A DNA stretch of 64,000 bases from Amoebophrya sp. A120 (GCA_905178155.1 CAJINV010000002.1:6180476-6244475), one strand, 5' to 3'. Counted from the stretch's first letter, positions 23,420 to 36,840 are shown. Program-made: numbers and translations. The notes: generated by a model not told the origin, from the sequence alone.

Positions 23420-25280
23420 AAAACAATACGTGGGGCGCGGGCTCGCACGCTCGCGACGCTGAAGTTGGCGCGCATGTGTGCATGAATGAAGATGAACAGG
23501 TAGGGCAGGCCCACCCCCTCGCTCGCGGGAGCACGAGGGGCCCCCTCTGTTCCTCACTGCAGCAACACACAAAACATAGGGGAGCCGCCAAAGTAAGCGC
23601 ACAAGAAAGCCCGGTCGCCTGGCCCCTAAGCGCTGCCGCGGGAGGGGGGGGGCACCAGCAGGAGGAAGGCCGAAGCAGCCGGCCCGGCGGCCCTGCTCCG
23701 CGGCGGGCCCGGGCGCGGAAAGCGCGGGGAGGCGGCGCAGAAAAGGGGGCGCCGGGCCTCGGCGGGCCGCGAAAATGCAAGGAGTTGGCCGGTAGGGGTA
23801 GCGGGCCGGTTCCGGCGAGATCTTCCCGCGCAGCCAGCCGTCCGCAATTTTATCGCTCCGCCAGAAGTTCGCCATGTGCTTCTCGAGCGCTCGGAAAAAG
23901 ATCAGCCCCATGCTGCGCTCCACAGTCTCCAGCGCATCCGTGGCCATCCCTTGGATCTCTCCCACCAAGTTCAGAGCTTTCGGGTACGTCGCGCCCTTGC
24001 TGAGTAGCGTCACGAAGTCGGCCGCTTGCTGCCAACATGTTCGCTACCGCCTGCTAAGGTGTAGCGGTGTGCCTGGTCTTCCTTGGAGCTTCGGCGCGAG
24101 CTCTTTCCAGGACAGTGCTTAAGGGGCACAGCCCTTCCCCAAGTACCGCCGCAATGGCCCGGCCCCAAGCCGCGCGGCGGCGTCGCGTCGGTCGCGTCGC
24201 GCACGGCTCGCCTTTTTTTCCCTTTTTCCGCAACGCACGCTCGCGGTGTGCGAGAAGCCGCGCCCGCTGTTTCGCCGCCTTACCGCGGGCGGTCTCGGCT
24301 GTTTTGATGAAACTCGAAGCGAAAAAGCCGCCCGCAGCGCCTTTGGGCGCTCCCACCGGCGCGGCTAGCTTCCCCAGGTATCTGAAGCGCAGCCGGCACC
24401 TGCCGACCCTCCGCCGGGTGCCTGCGTCTTTCGTGGCGCGCAAAGCGATTCGCTTCCGCTGCCTCTTCGCGGCCCTGCTGCCTCCAACCCCTCCAGCTTC
24501 ATTCTTCGCCACCAATGGGCGCGAATGGCCCCCCAACTCCGTCGCGGGTATGAATGGCCCCCCAACTCGCAAGGCAACTCGGCCCCATCCGCGCCCTTCG
24601 ATTGTAGGGGCGGGGCTTCGGCCTGGTACGAAGGTACTCGGCACACGAGGCGAGAGGTCACGAGCCACCGGAAACCTCCCCACCCACTCCAAGTCGGTCT
24701 CTGGCGTCTTCCTTCGGCGGCACTGTCTTTTCTTCCGGCGGGCGTGGTGCTGAAGAGCCAAAAGACCCCGCCGGGGGGTCCCAGAAGTACCGGCAAGCCG
24801 CCGGGAAGGTGGCCGGCCAACCACGCGGGGCCACGCGGCTCGAGGGGCGGGGGAGTGCGCGGAGCGGCCGATCCGGCTGCGCTTTGCGGCCTTCCCCCCA
24901 GCCCGCGAAGGTGTTGCAAGGGAACTCCCTGGCGCCATCATGCCCCAGCTCTTCGGCCCGTTTGCAATCTCATCGCGAAGCCCGGCGCCTGCATAGTACC
25001 GCGGTCCTTACGCTTTCGCCCGGGGCCCGTTCTCGAATTTCGGCAAGCTGGCGGAGACTCGCCCCACCTTCGGGAGGCTGTTCTTGGGCGGGTCGTACCG
25101 GGGGAGGTGGCCCGCGGATGGCCCGGCACTTTTTCAGTCTGCAACTGCCAAACAGCTATTTCCGCAGCTGGGGGAATGCTCTCACAACATCCGAGATCTT
25201 CACCCGAGCGGATTTCTTTTGATCTGAAGAGAACACGATGGCTCCACCGGAGACAAAGAACCGCCGAAGCCGCGCATCTT
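23420..25280 (-). mobile_element. GC-hyper-rich degenerate element, possibly a decayed non-LTR retrotransposon
   Basis: Line 23701-23760 is 50/60 GC. Broken minus-strand frames include an FRYLG string reminiscent of the non-LTR RT YLG motif. No intact ORF. Confidence 0.35.
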
Positions 25281-25560
25281 GCTTTCAGGCGACGTTTCTG
25301 GGGCTTCAGTATCTGTTTAGATCCAAAGAAGTACAGCTGTGTTATCAACGACGTAATGCTTCGCTTTATTTCACTACATCCACTTTTCACTGACTGGAGT
25401 GTTTGTCATTCTCTAACTTCGAAACCAAAAGCTCACCTGATCTTCCTGTTCCCCCTTTTTATTCTACAAAATTTCTACGCGACAATGGCACCGATAGACA
25501 TCAGAAAAACCGGCAAATCTACTAATACCGGAGCCCTAGCCTGCCCGCCACGCCTCGCTT

Positions 25561-28526
25561 TTACAGCGAGTTGTCGCGACTGACAGGCAGGTCAGCATTT
25601 CCATCCCCCGTAGTTGTACCACCCTCCACCTCACCGGCGTCTTGCTCCGATTTATCTTCACTTTCCACCTCATTCGACTCCTCAACCTCGGACTCAGAAG
25701 TCGACGACAAAATAAACGAGTTTTCCAGCTCGTGGGGCGTCGTGAAAGCCGCATCAGGAAGTGGGGCTCTGAAGCGCTGGCTTTCATTTTGCAGAAGATT
25801 TTCCCGCGTTTGCCGCTTTTCGTTTCCGACTCCGAATCCATTTTGTTTTCTTCTCATCTCCCAACTGCTGCTCGCGCCAGAATCGTCTCGCTGCACGATG
25901 TCAGTATCAACGTCTTTGATAGTACTAACAACCCCTCGCTCATCGTCGTCCCCCTGGGTAGTTGCACCACCGCTCGCACCACGGTTCGGTGTGCTGAAAA
26001 GGAACTCCTTTCTCCTACTTCGCACTTTCTTCCTCACCAACCGCGTCACGTCATCAAATATCGTATTGATCCCGTTGTGCACCTGCACCCCATTCACGTA
26101 CAACGGCGACGCCCCGCCGTTCCGCATCATCACCGACGTCGCGTTGCGCTTTTTGGTCTTCTTCTTCTTCTTTTTTTTCTTCGCCTCAGGCGAAGTGGTC
26201 GTCGGGGTGGTCAGAAGGAGATTAGAAGTCGAGGCGGAGGAAGACGCTTTATCTTGCTGTTGCTGTTCCAGGCCGATCACATGCTCTTTCGCTGGAACAA
26301 CACCAGCATCCTGTGCTTCTCTACCGGACGCTCCTCCAAGCCGCGTGCCAATGGTACTATCGTCCTCCTCGTCGTCGTCCAACATGACTTCTGGGGGTAT
26401 TTCCTCGCAAATGAGCGGCGTGGACTCGAACTTCATCAGTTCGTTCAACTTCGAAACGTCGCACATGCGCCCCTTCCTCGCACCATTCAAAAGGCTGGTA
26501 TTTCCGCCCCCGCCGGGCGAATTCGGTCCTCCATCGGTTGTGGAGCTTCGCAGGTTGCCTGCGGATGCTGCACCATCTGTGGAATTGGTATTCGTTCCAA
26601 GCATGTTTCCCGCCGCTTTCAGCATCCCGTCCAGCCGCCGTAAATCCTTCAGCGGGTCCTTGACACCGCCCTGAATGTTCGGGTCGCGTGGACAGTCCTT
26701 CGCCTTGTGACCCATCTCCTTGCAACCGTAGCAGCGGATCTGATGGGGGATAGACGTGTTTTTTCTACTTTTCGGAAACAGAGGCAAAATGAGTGTACCA
26801 CAACTGACTCCATGCAGCCATCAGCAACATCATGCGGCTTCAATTTGAAGACGTACTTTCCACTGAATGTGCTCGATACATGACGCGCAAATTATTCGGA
26901 AAATAACGTAGAATGTCTGAATACCTTTGCGTACTTCGCTTTGTTCGCTGCCGTCGTGTTTTTGATCTCGCTATTTTCCTTCCCGTCGTCTTCGTTTTCC
27001 TTCCCGCGGTTGTTTAGCAGTTGGTCCATGTCATCCAAATCTAGATCGTCTTTGCTTTCGTGCTTCGAGAACTTGCACCCCAACGCGCTGATCCCGCTCT
27101 TCCCGCAGCACCACCACAACTCCCCGCCGAATTCCGAGGAGTGCGTCCGACAGCTCCAGTTGAAGTTCTGCGCTTCTAGATACTCCTTGGCGCAGTTTTT
27201 GCAGGTTTTCGTGTCTTGTTCGAAGAGCAAATTCCGCCGCGCCCGGTACTTCTTCCACTTCTGCTTCATTTTCTCGTAGTCCTGAGAGAGTTCTTTCAAT
27301 TTTTTCGACAATTTGTCCTTTTCCTTCACAAATTTCTCCTTGTCCTCGTTCAGTTTGTTCATTTCCATGGTCTGCTTCGAGATCAAATCGTCGATGTTCT
27401 GGTGCAACTTCGTGCAGTCCTTCTCCAAAACTTTCTTTTTCGCCTGTAATTCCGCGGCGATTTTGGACAAAAACTGCGTTTCCTTGTTCAATTTTTCCTC
27501 ATTGAACTTCAAATCCTCATAGTACCGGTGAAGCTTCAGAGTCAAGTGTTCCTCATGGAAGAGGTTCGCGAAGTAAAATTTGTCCTCGTTTTCTTTTTGT
27601 TTCAGGAGCGCTTGCTCGTTTTCGTGCAGGAGTTGTTGTTTTTCTTTTAAGTACTGTTCCCTTTCCGACTGAAGGACTTCCAGGATTTTCGCCACCTGTG
27701 TCTCGTCGATGCTAGTCAGAGACGCTATAGTCGATTGCTTGTTATTCCCACTGCTTTTACTAGTTGCAGCTACTGCTCCTTGTCCTTTCACCTTGTTTCC
27801 ATGGGCAGGCTGGCAGTCTCCTGGAAAAACCACTGCAACCGCATCCAAGTCCCTCAGCGGTTCCTCGTTGCGAAAGTCGCGCCACTTGTTCTCCAGCAAA
27901 AGGCTCTCCTGCTTTAAATTCTGAAACTTCAAGCGCAATTCTTCGTTTTCCGCGTCGAACAAGTTTAGTTCTTGTTTCAGACAGGTTTCCTTGTTCTCCA
28001 ACTTTCTTTTCTCCGCGTCCAAATCCCAGCGTTCCTGTAGCTCTTTCCTGTTCAAATCTTGTACTTTCGTCTCCTCTTTTCGTTTTAGTTCTCTATACTC
28101 GTGTAACAGCCGCTCTTTCGTCCGTGATTCCAGCCAGTGCGTTTCCCTTTTTAGGTCCGCGTGGTACCGTTCCAGGTCCCGGAGCTCGTCCCGGGAGAGA
28201 ATCACTTCCTTCAACAACTTCTCGGACAATTTCACTTCGTGCAACACCCCGTTAGGATTCGGCACGCCGTGCTTCGCAATGTCGAGCGGCTCCCCGTTCT
28301 TCTTCTCGAAAAGAGGAAGAATCACCTGTCTGCAGACTAACGCAGCCAGCTCAGGATCGACGGGCGGAAGGGCTTCATAGCGCTGGATGGTTTTTTGTGG
28401 GGAGTTGGGTGGTTGTTTCTGTTGATGATGAGCAGATGCTGTAGTTTTGTTGGGTGAGGTCGGAGGGGGTGGCTTGGCGGGTAGCGTCGCTCCAGTCGTG
28501 GTCGCGGAAAACGTCATGCTGGGCAT
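25561..28526 (-). CDS. Coiled-coil protein with a BTK-motif-like Zn finger and a CCHC zinc knuckle; GT-AG intron 26740-26924
   Basis: CKNC...NFNWSCRTH...WWCCGK...GCKFSKH; spliced KYAK|IRCYGCKEMGHKAKDC. Confidence 0.85.
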
Positions 28527-30452
28527 GCGGAGGGAATCAGGAGACTGGAAGCTGATGAATCCGTTGGAAATAAAATGAATTCACCGGGGCAAAGCAAGGC
28601 ACAGCTGCTGCGTCGACACACTGAGTTCGACTCGAAATACTTAGTGCGTAGACGTCGGACAAAAAAGGGAACAACTGGGTGAAAGCGTCTCTCTTGTTTA
28701 CTTCCTCTCTCTGCACTCGCACCTGATTAGCTTTTCAGACTCCGCATCAGACACAGGTACGGGAGGGACAACACAACAAAGGCAATGCACGCCGCATGCC
28801 TTCTTCTTTAAAGATACAAACTTTGTATCTTTCGTGTGCTTTGTCAAATGACACGAAATTCCGTAGACCCTGCTTGCCGCACGGGAATGAGGCCTGCAGG
28901 CGTGGCGCGCGGGCGCCATGAACCAAATCCAAGCAAGCTTCACACTCACTCTCGGCGTCCACATACTGGACACTCCTGTCAGCCCTGCAGTTTCCATTGA
29001 TTCGAGTAGCGCTTCGGCAACAGCTTCTGCACCGAAAATGAGCAACAACAGCAACACTGCCTGCATGGGTGCGGCGCTGTTAAAATTGCTGGCACGGCGA
29101 CGAACGGCGGGGACTTCAAGGCGCCGCCGGGGGGCGCCGCCACTTGGCCCCCAAGTTAATCAGCAGCCGCCGCAGATACGATGCCCCGCGAGCTCGCCCC
29201 CCCGTCACTCAGTCAGAAGAGAGGCGGTCGGGCAAACAGAGAGAAAACACAGCCAGAACACAGTCGCTGGGGGCCACCGGGCGGGCAGGCCGCGGGCGGG
29301 CCAAGGAAGCAAGCCGCGGGGCGGCCGGCTGGCCGCGCCCAAACCGCAGGGGCTCCGCGCGGCAGCGCCGCGGACGGGGCGGCAACCCATGGGCCGGCTT
29401 GAATGTGGCCAACCAAGAGCAGGCGGGCGGCGGGCCTCCCTTCACGGGTATGCAATCAATTGCGCAGCTTGGAATTTCTGCGCGCGTCATATCCTTCGGG
29501 GCCGGGCGACCAGGTTTCTTAAGTCGCTGATCTGCCCGTCGACCCGCGTCCATTCTGTCCGGGCGCCCCATCCGGCGGGGCCCGCGTCACGACACTGCTG
29601 GCAGCCCCGCTGTTCCCCGCAGAACAGGCACCGCGCCGACCCTTTTTTACTTAGGCGCCATCGCCGTGCTCTTACAGGCCCCACGGGTTTGGCCACGCGG
29701 CCTAATGCGCAGCGCTATCGCTCGTTGGGAAATCAACAGAGAAAGGCACAAATGCGCATCTCATCAAAAGTGCGCAACATTGCTTGGCCCGAGAACTCGT
29801 AAGCACTTCGTCGTCCCTCATCTTGCATGCGGTGTCGGTGCCGCGTACTCTCAAAAGCGTAAATGCCTCATCGTCCCTAAACTCACTCTCTGGCTTGCTC
29901 TGCACTTTCTAGATTGGAGCCCGCGCTATTAAAGATCGAACCTATCTTGTCACTCAGTTGTTCACGGCACACGCTGCAAAACAGAACAGCGCTCCAGAAT
30001 CGTTCAAGAGGCTTCACCCGTGGACGCACCAATTCAGATGGTTTCTTCCTTTCGTAACAACAAATCAAAGAAATCATACAGAAATAATCTTATTGTTTTG
30101 AATTCGTCAGGAGACACAATTATGTGCAAAACCATGTAAAGCGAAACCATGAAGCCAAGCATGAGTATGCTCTTCTTCACGTTGTGACATTCTACTAGTA
30201 AGCACTTACTTAAGTCGTGTATGATGCTGTGGAGTATCTGTTCGCTGTGCATTTTTTTCTGCTCTGACATGGATGTACCTTATGCGAAGCTTTTTATCTT
30301 GTTAATGTCGTACGGGACCAAAATCTTACTTCACAAACGCTTGCTGAAAGATCCGCGTGGATGCGGCGGAGCAATCGGACAGAATGCGTCAATATTACTC
30401 CCGCAAAGTCCATGCCCATCGACCTTGATCCCTAAAACTCGTCCGCAACATT

Positions 30453-31607
30453 TCACCCCCCGTCCTTCTGCGAAATCAGCGGCAGCTGTGCTCGTGCGTT
30501 GGTTTTGGGGTTCACGATTTCCAGATGCATGCGATTCAGGTCTATGACGCCCTTCATCAAAAAGTCCAAGCCCAGAATCCCCTCGAAAACGTTCCCGTCA
30601 TACCCGGGCAGGTCCAACACCTCCCACGCGCAGTCGAATTTCTCTTTCGCGCCGCCCCCGGCAGAGGTTGGCAGCAGTAGTCGCGTGTAGTGCAATCTCC
30701 CGTAACTTCCGTTCGTCACCGAGCCGGCGATGCCGCCCAGTGACCTCGCGAAAGACCTGTCTACGATTGGCCACAGTTTCAGCCTATCCACTACCGTTCT
30801 GGACAAGGCCGACGTTTGCGACCCGGAATCGATCAAACACCGGATTTTGTTCGGATTGTCACTTCCGGATAACCCCGACGTCAACTTCCCGCGGTTGGAG
30901 TTCGGTAGGTCGAACCATATGTCGGCCAAAAGCAGTCTCCCGTAGTCCCGGAAGAGTAGTCCGCTCTGGATCGCCCGGGCCTGCGCGTTTTTTGCGTCGT
31001 CCACCCAATTCTCGTCGTTCATGTAGTCGATGTTTCCGGTGTCAAACATGGAATTGCTGTTCGTTGCCCGTTTCTTTCGGTTCCCGATCCCGGCGGGCGG
31101 TGGTTGATTTTTCTGTTGGTACAGCTCCTGTTCCTTCTCCGACATCAGAAAAATCGGCTTGTTGCTCGCATTTTTCGGCGATGAGTCGTCGGCGAAAAAC
31201 GGGTTTCGCACGTTCGATGATGCACTAGTCCCCTTCTGCAGCGCCTCGTCGATCTGAAACAAATCCGACTCCCGCAGCTCTTCGAGGAGGGTTCGCGGCT
31301 TAATATTGGCGGCGCTTTCACTTGTTCCTCCAGATGAGCCATCTTTCCTGTCGATATTGCGGCTTCTGGGGCGCCGCTGCGAGCTGCTGCTGCTGGGATT
31401 GTTGCTGTTCAGAAAGCTCCAGTTCTGCTCCGGCGTACTGGTGGTGGAGGTGGAGAACGCCGCGGTGCTGGGAGTGGAAGATTTGTTCAGAGAAGTGCCA
31501 GCGTCCGTAGTCGTTCCTGGGCTCCGCAGAGAAAATCGCTCGCGGGCCTTGGAATTATCCAGCGTGTCGTACACATTGATCGCGCCACTGCGCCCAAGGG
31601 ATGACAT
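30453..31607 (-). CDS. Ddi1-like (retroviral-type) aspartyl protease domain protein
   Basis: CLIDSGSQTSALS...RLKLWPIVDRSF...GRLH...GILGLDFL matches the Ddi1 RVP pattern. Confidence 0.8.
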   Translation of the reverse strand: MSSLGRSGAINVYDTLDNSKARERFSLRSPGTTTDAGTSLNKSSTPSTAAFSTSTTSTPEQNWSFLNSNNPSSSSSQRRPRSRNIDRKDGSSGGTSESAANIKPRTLLEELRESDLFQIDEALQKGTSASSNVRNPFFADDSSPKNASNKPIFLMSEKEQELYQQKNQPPPAGIGNRKKRATNSNSMFDTGNIDYMNDENWVDDAKNAQARAIQSGLLFRDYGRLLLADIWFDLPNSNRGKLTSGLSGSDNPNKIRCLIDSGSQTSALSRTVVDRLKLWPIVDRSFARSLGGIAGSVTNGSYGRLHYTRLLLPTSAGGGAKEKFDCAWEVLDLPGYDGNVFEGILGLDFLMKGVIDLNRMHLEIVNPKTNARAQLPLISQKDGG

Positions 31608-33772
31608 TGTGTGTCGTGCTCGTCGGGGGGAGGTGGCGTTTGTTTCAATATGGAAACGATTAGTAGTAGTGGAAGCTCTTAATGAAAATGGAGTCAGCAG
31701 GGTGAGACTGACTCACGCGGGATATAAGGAGGTTTAAAAATATTCAGATAGTACGAAACGCCTCAAGTAGGCTTCAACGAACGAATTAAGTAAGCTTACT
31801 TGAAGGGGGTACTAGGAAGTCGAAATAGGGATAGCAAATTAGTACGACAGAAAAAGCAGAACCAGAAACTACGTATCAAATAAAGGGGGAAAGCGAACGC
31901 TACTAGCGCTTTTTGTCCATGGGGGCAACTGACTTGAGTGGGCCAAATACGATCGGTTTCTTCCGCAAGAACGAAGTAGAGTAGTGACAAAATGACCGAT
32001 GCCTTTTGAGTAGATCGACCACGGTGGAGCAGAATCAAAACTCAAGAATAAATGAACCGACTCTTCATCTTTCACGGCTCGAAGGCAGGAAGGGTAGTGC
32101 CGATTCTTCTTTATTTGAATGTAGACACTGAGACCGAGACGAGAAGAGAAGCGCTGTACAAAAAAAGAATACCGACAATGGACAATCTCTGTGTTTCCGA
32201 TTCCGAAGTTGATTCTTCTAACGTTCTTGCTTGTTTGCACTTCTTCAGGATGATGCAGCGAGTACTCTGAAGTCCACTGTGGTGCTTCTGTTTTTTTCTA
32301 CGGACAGTCCATGGTGAAATCCATGGTGGACACGTGCTGCAGAATCCCGCGTCTCAAGGCAGCTTGTTTCGCTAGAAACGAGCACGACAGCCATTGTGGC
32401 AAGGAATCATGTATCTCTGCTAGCCGCATACGGATCTACCACACGGCCCAATGAGCTGCAGCCACTGCACGGCCTGCGGGGGGGCGCTGCGCCAACAAAC
32501 ACAATTATAGTGTCGGGAAGCGGTGGGGACGGCCTGCACGACCACCAGCTTCGTTCAATAGCGGCCCCGCGGCAGGCCTACTTGCGTGCCAACGGGGCGA
32601 GGGCGCTCGTACGGGGGCGGGGGGGCAAAACAAAGCGGCGCCCCGAGCGGGGCAAGTTCGTAAGCGCAGGCAGCCACACACGACACGCCGCCGCCCGCCG
32701 GCGAACATCGGGCCGGGCGCTTCGATCGGGACCCTAGAAACGGACTCGAGAGCGGGCAGAGGCTCCAGCGCGTCGCCGTACCAGCTGCCAACACGAGAGC
32801 AGCTGCCAGCACGACAGCAGCTGCAGGAAGGTCCGCCGCCCGCCGCGCGCTGAAGGCGCCGGGGTGGGCGCCACAGGGCCCGCCGAGCCCGCCGCGCGCC
32901 CAGCGGGCCGGCAGCGGACTTGCAGGCAGCAGAGGTAGCAGGGGGGGCGCCAGCGGCGCCCTCGATGTTTGCGGCGGCAGTGTCTGCGGTGCCGGCGACC
33001 ATGTCAGCAGCGTTGCGCCCCGCTTCCTGTTGTCCTACCTGCTCCGCCGCGTGCAAGAATATCGCCTGTTTGTAAATCCTGCGTCGGCCAGTTTTCAAAA
33101 GAATCCCAAAAAAACCCAAAGCCAAGGGCGCAGCCTCCTCGCCCGCCCAACACAGTGGGCCTCTGCATTTTCCTGACTCTTTACATAAGGGGGAAACGGG
33201 CGCGGCCGCCCGGTCTTCGGCGAAGTTCTTAACTATCCCACTGATGGCCAGGGGAAGGATTTCCGTTCTTGCATCTTCATGCGCCGCGGTTCACCCTTTC
33301 CAGTCCTCTGCAACTACCTCGGGGCGAAGGAAGATGCTCTCGAAGAAAGGTCTCGCACTCTCGGACGTGCTTGCACATGGGCAATTCCACTCCGGAGGAA
33401 ACTAACTCACCACCACCAAGAGGGAGGCGCCGCGGGTTCGGCCAATGCGGGCGGACGTCCGGCACAATGACGCGGCCAGTTCGTGCCCGGGGCCACTGCA
33501 TGCAGAAGCCACGCGGGAGGTGCCGCGCAATGTTTTTCATTACGAAACCACTGCGAAAGCCATGCAAGGGCAAAGGCATGCCGCACTCTCTGCCCCGCTT
33601 CCGCCGTCGACCCAGGTCCGCGCCGCGTGGCGCCGTTTCTTGTTGAGCGGGGCCGCACGCCTCCCCCGTTGAGCAGCGCCGCCGACTCCTGCGGTGTTTG
33701 CGGCCACACCGCCTGGCACCTGCGACCAGCTCGAAGGACGCCGGGGCCAGGCGCCCTGTCTTGGGTACCCAA

Positions 33773-35263
33773 TCAATTCGACATTGATTGCCGCCTCACG
33801 CCTGGCGTGGGGTCGACCACGAAAACCACGCCGCCGCGTGCCAAACACTGCAGACAAGCAACACGCATCGCGCTAGAAAAGAACACACATACTTCGGCCT
33901 GACAGCGTGACACGTACAATGCGCGGTCACTGGCACGCTCCACACTGAATATCAATGTATCTCCATCAACCTCATACTCATCCACTCGGTCTATCGGGCT
34001 CAAATCCGGAAGATTTTGTTGCAAGACGTTGCTCGCAGATTTTGTCCAAGCATGGTGTTCTTGTTGCTCTTGGCTATTTACTACCTGCATCTGATTGCTT
34101 TCACTACCTGTAAAAGGCATCGAAGTACTCCCAGTTCCCGGAAATCCAGCAGCAGCACTCACTTTCCGCAACTTCTTTTCCAACTTCTCCTTTTGGTGCT
34201 TGTACACGCTGAAAAACTTCTGCTTTTCCGAGATCAGATTCCCCAAATTCGCCTGCTTTTCCGAATGCTGACTGGCGCAATTGTTGATATTTTGCAACCG
34301 GGAATTCGCGTCGATCCGCTGAAATTTCAGCTCGTTCTCCCGTTGCTCCCTTTGCAGCGCCTGTATCTCGAAACTCAGCTGCTTCTCCTTTTCCCCCATC
34401 TCCTCAACCAACTGCTGCAACTCCGCCAGCTTCGGGTCACGGTCAGCAGGAGGTGGGTTTGCTGTTCTTGCTGTACCAGTCACATGTTCTGACGCAGCAA
34501 CGAACGAGTTGTAGCTGGATGAAAAACTATTTGTTCCGGGTGGAAGATTTTCCGCTGCGCTGCACACAGAATTCTTCAGCGTCTCAAAGCTCGTCCCCGT
34601 GGAAAAATTTTGCGGGGACGAAATTATCGTCTGCAAATCCGAACTTTCCCCCGTTTGGCCGAACAACGACTCCACCGGGGAATGCGGGCTGTCGTTCGGC
34701 GAACGCGGCGTGCGAAACGGGTCGTCGTCGGGGAAGGAGGCCGTTGCCGGGTTTCTCGTGTCAGGCTTGGTTGTGTTTGGGGGCGGAGACGACGTGTCCA
34801 CGGTGAGGCCATTGATTGCAGAATTGCTACGCTGCTCGTAGCTCCTGCTGTCGTGACCGGGCGGAGAAAACCTGTTCGGAAAAAATCAACATAGTGCACT
34901 TACTTCGATCGTCGCAAGTGTACGCGTTCTATTTTAATATCGATGTAGTGCAAAACCAAAACCAAAAACAGCTGCTCTTTGATACAACCACAAGTAGAAA
35001 CGCCAACCACGCCTGATGTAGTACCTTTGCCCGGGGCCAGCGTAGTTCCTTCCCCCGTACAGCGCCAGTTCCTGCTCAAGCTCGGCGATTTTCTCATCAC
35101 GCAGTTTCAATTTCCGCAGCAGCTGATTGATTTTCCCTCTGGCTTTCGCCAGAACCTCATCCCGCCGCTGCACGCAGGTCTCCAGATCGGTGATGTGCGA
35201 TCGAAGGTTGGCGATGGTTTCGTCAGCTGAGAAGTTGTTTTTGTTCTCGTCCGGACGCGCCAT
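33773..35263 (-). CDS. Coiled-coil protein of unknown function; GT-AG intron 34872-35024
   Basis: MARPDENK...GPGQR|FSPPG splices in frame with ORF 33773-34801. The 3' end runs into a GC-rich island and is uncertain. Confidence 0.7.
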
Positions 35264-36307
35264 TTTTGTTTCAGGCGAGGAGAAAGACGTGACTTGTAGT
35301 TTCCGCACAATTTTTTTCGACGGTAGGAGAAAGAAAAAAACGCTGGTGCATGTCCATGTAATGCGATACTGTTGGAGGTCGCATGACGATTCATTGAAGA
35401 GATTCAAAAATCAGAACGCCCCTCTCGCCCACCTGCCTCACTCTCTTCGCCCCCATGAATAGATGCACATCGGCGAAGAGGACTGCCATTTTGGCACAAG
35501 TAGAACGTAACAATTCACTACCACTCAAGAGCCTTCAACCGCCGGCCATACAACTCATAGTCACTTTATCTCGGCGCTGACAGTAGGTATGGTCGTGCAA
35601 GAAACACTGGAGGACACGCTGTGGAACAAGAACTCCGCGAACGGATCATGTTGAAGAATGCCATGTGACGATAGTGGTCTTCGACAACACTATGTCAACA
35701 GCAAAATGAAGTGCGTGTGTGTCTGTGCGTCTGCGTGTGTTATTGCATCTTCGGGTACTTAGACAACTTGAGTTTCACATTGATGGGAAGGGTTTACCGT
35801 TTACTAGGGTCGTCCTCGTGTGTAGGGTTTGATGTTGAAGTAGCAACGCGAGATGCCATCGTACCTCGCATCAGGCGATATGATGAAGGCCATCCTTTCT
35901 CTAGTGAAGCTGCTTTTATCTTAGTACGGATGCACTTGAATCGGCAGCAAAAAAGGTGGTGTTGGGGTCATGTAGGGTTGCGGGGATACCGCAGTGCGTT
36001 TTTTTTTAGGGTAGCGAGGAAAGATGTGAAGATCATGCGATGACTAGCTATTACTCGAAAAAAACTTTCACCTCCCGGATAGTTCTAACTATCTTGGGCA
36101 AGCAACTGGAAATGAAACAGTTCGAAACAATGACATACACATACGAGAAAGGGGCGGCGCAGCATAAGCACAAAAGGCCACTGCAACCATATCCATGCGC
36201 AAACTGACTATGATGAGTTAATCTCTCCGTTACTTACTCCTTTACTGATGGTACACAAAATGAATGTCATCAGAAGTGCGCAAGAAAGAGCTCCTCAACA
36301 TCCACGT

Positions 36308-36840
36308 CTAACAGCAAGGTTCGTCGTCTGCGTCCGGCACAATCTGCGGCGCATCACCGTCCTCACCCGCGTCAGCGGCATTCTCGTTTGGGGTCGTCCC
36401 GTCCGCGCTCGCTTCCTGCATCGCGTCCGCGGATGCTTCGTCCTTGGGTGCCTGTGCCGTGTCTACTTGCGCAACAGTTTCATCTTTGGGTACAGCGAGG
36501 CTTTCGCTTTCCTGTACAGTGCCTGGTGAGGAAGAGGAGTTCTTGTCTGTTGATACTATTTCTTCTTCTTGTTTCTCAACATCAGCACCATCATCCCCAC
36601 CCTGCCCGGCAGTCGTGTCCCCGCCGGGACTCGGCTTGGTCTTCTCCTCTTTTTCATAGCAAGCCGCGTGATTCCCGTTAAAATCCGACTTCGGGACAGG
36701 ACCCTGTTTGTGGCTCGGGCAGACCTCCCTATTCGCAATTCCGGAAGTCACCACCACAGCCGGACCCTCGCCTTCACCGTCGTCGTCCTCATCTTCGCTG
36801 GTAGTAACCGGGTAGCCCCGGACAAACGGCAGATCATCCC
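36308..36840 (-). CDS. Acidic open exon without its own ATG; possible alternative terminal exon of the TSP1 gene
   Basis: Open frame DDLPFVRGYPVTTSEDEDDD...DEPCC*, with composition like the TSP1 gene tail. No junction identified. Confidence 0.45.

Noticed and set aside
24054-25583. Long overlapping ORFs (295, 228 and 352 aa) as genes
   Set aside because: They are Arg/Gly/Pro/Ala-rich in all frames, as expected from stop depletion at very high GC, and show no coherent domain.
25571-26674. Plus-strand ORFs of 367 and 333 aa, and similar antisense ORFs elsewhere
   Set aside because: They are shadows of real minus-strand genes.
35780-36015. Scattered TAGGGT motifs as interstitial telomere repeats
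   Set aside because: Only about four non-tandem occurrences; no array.
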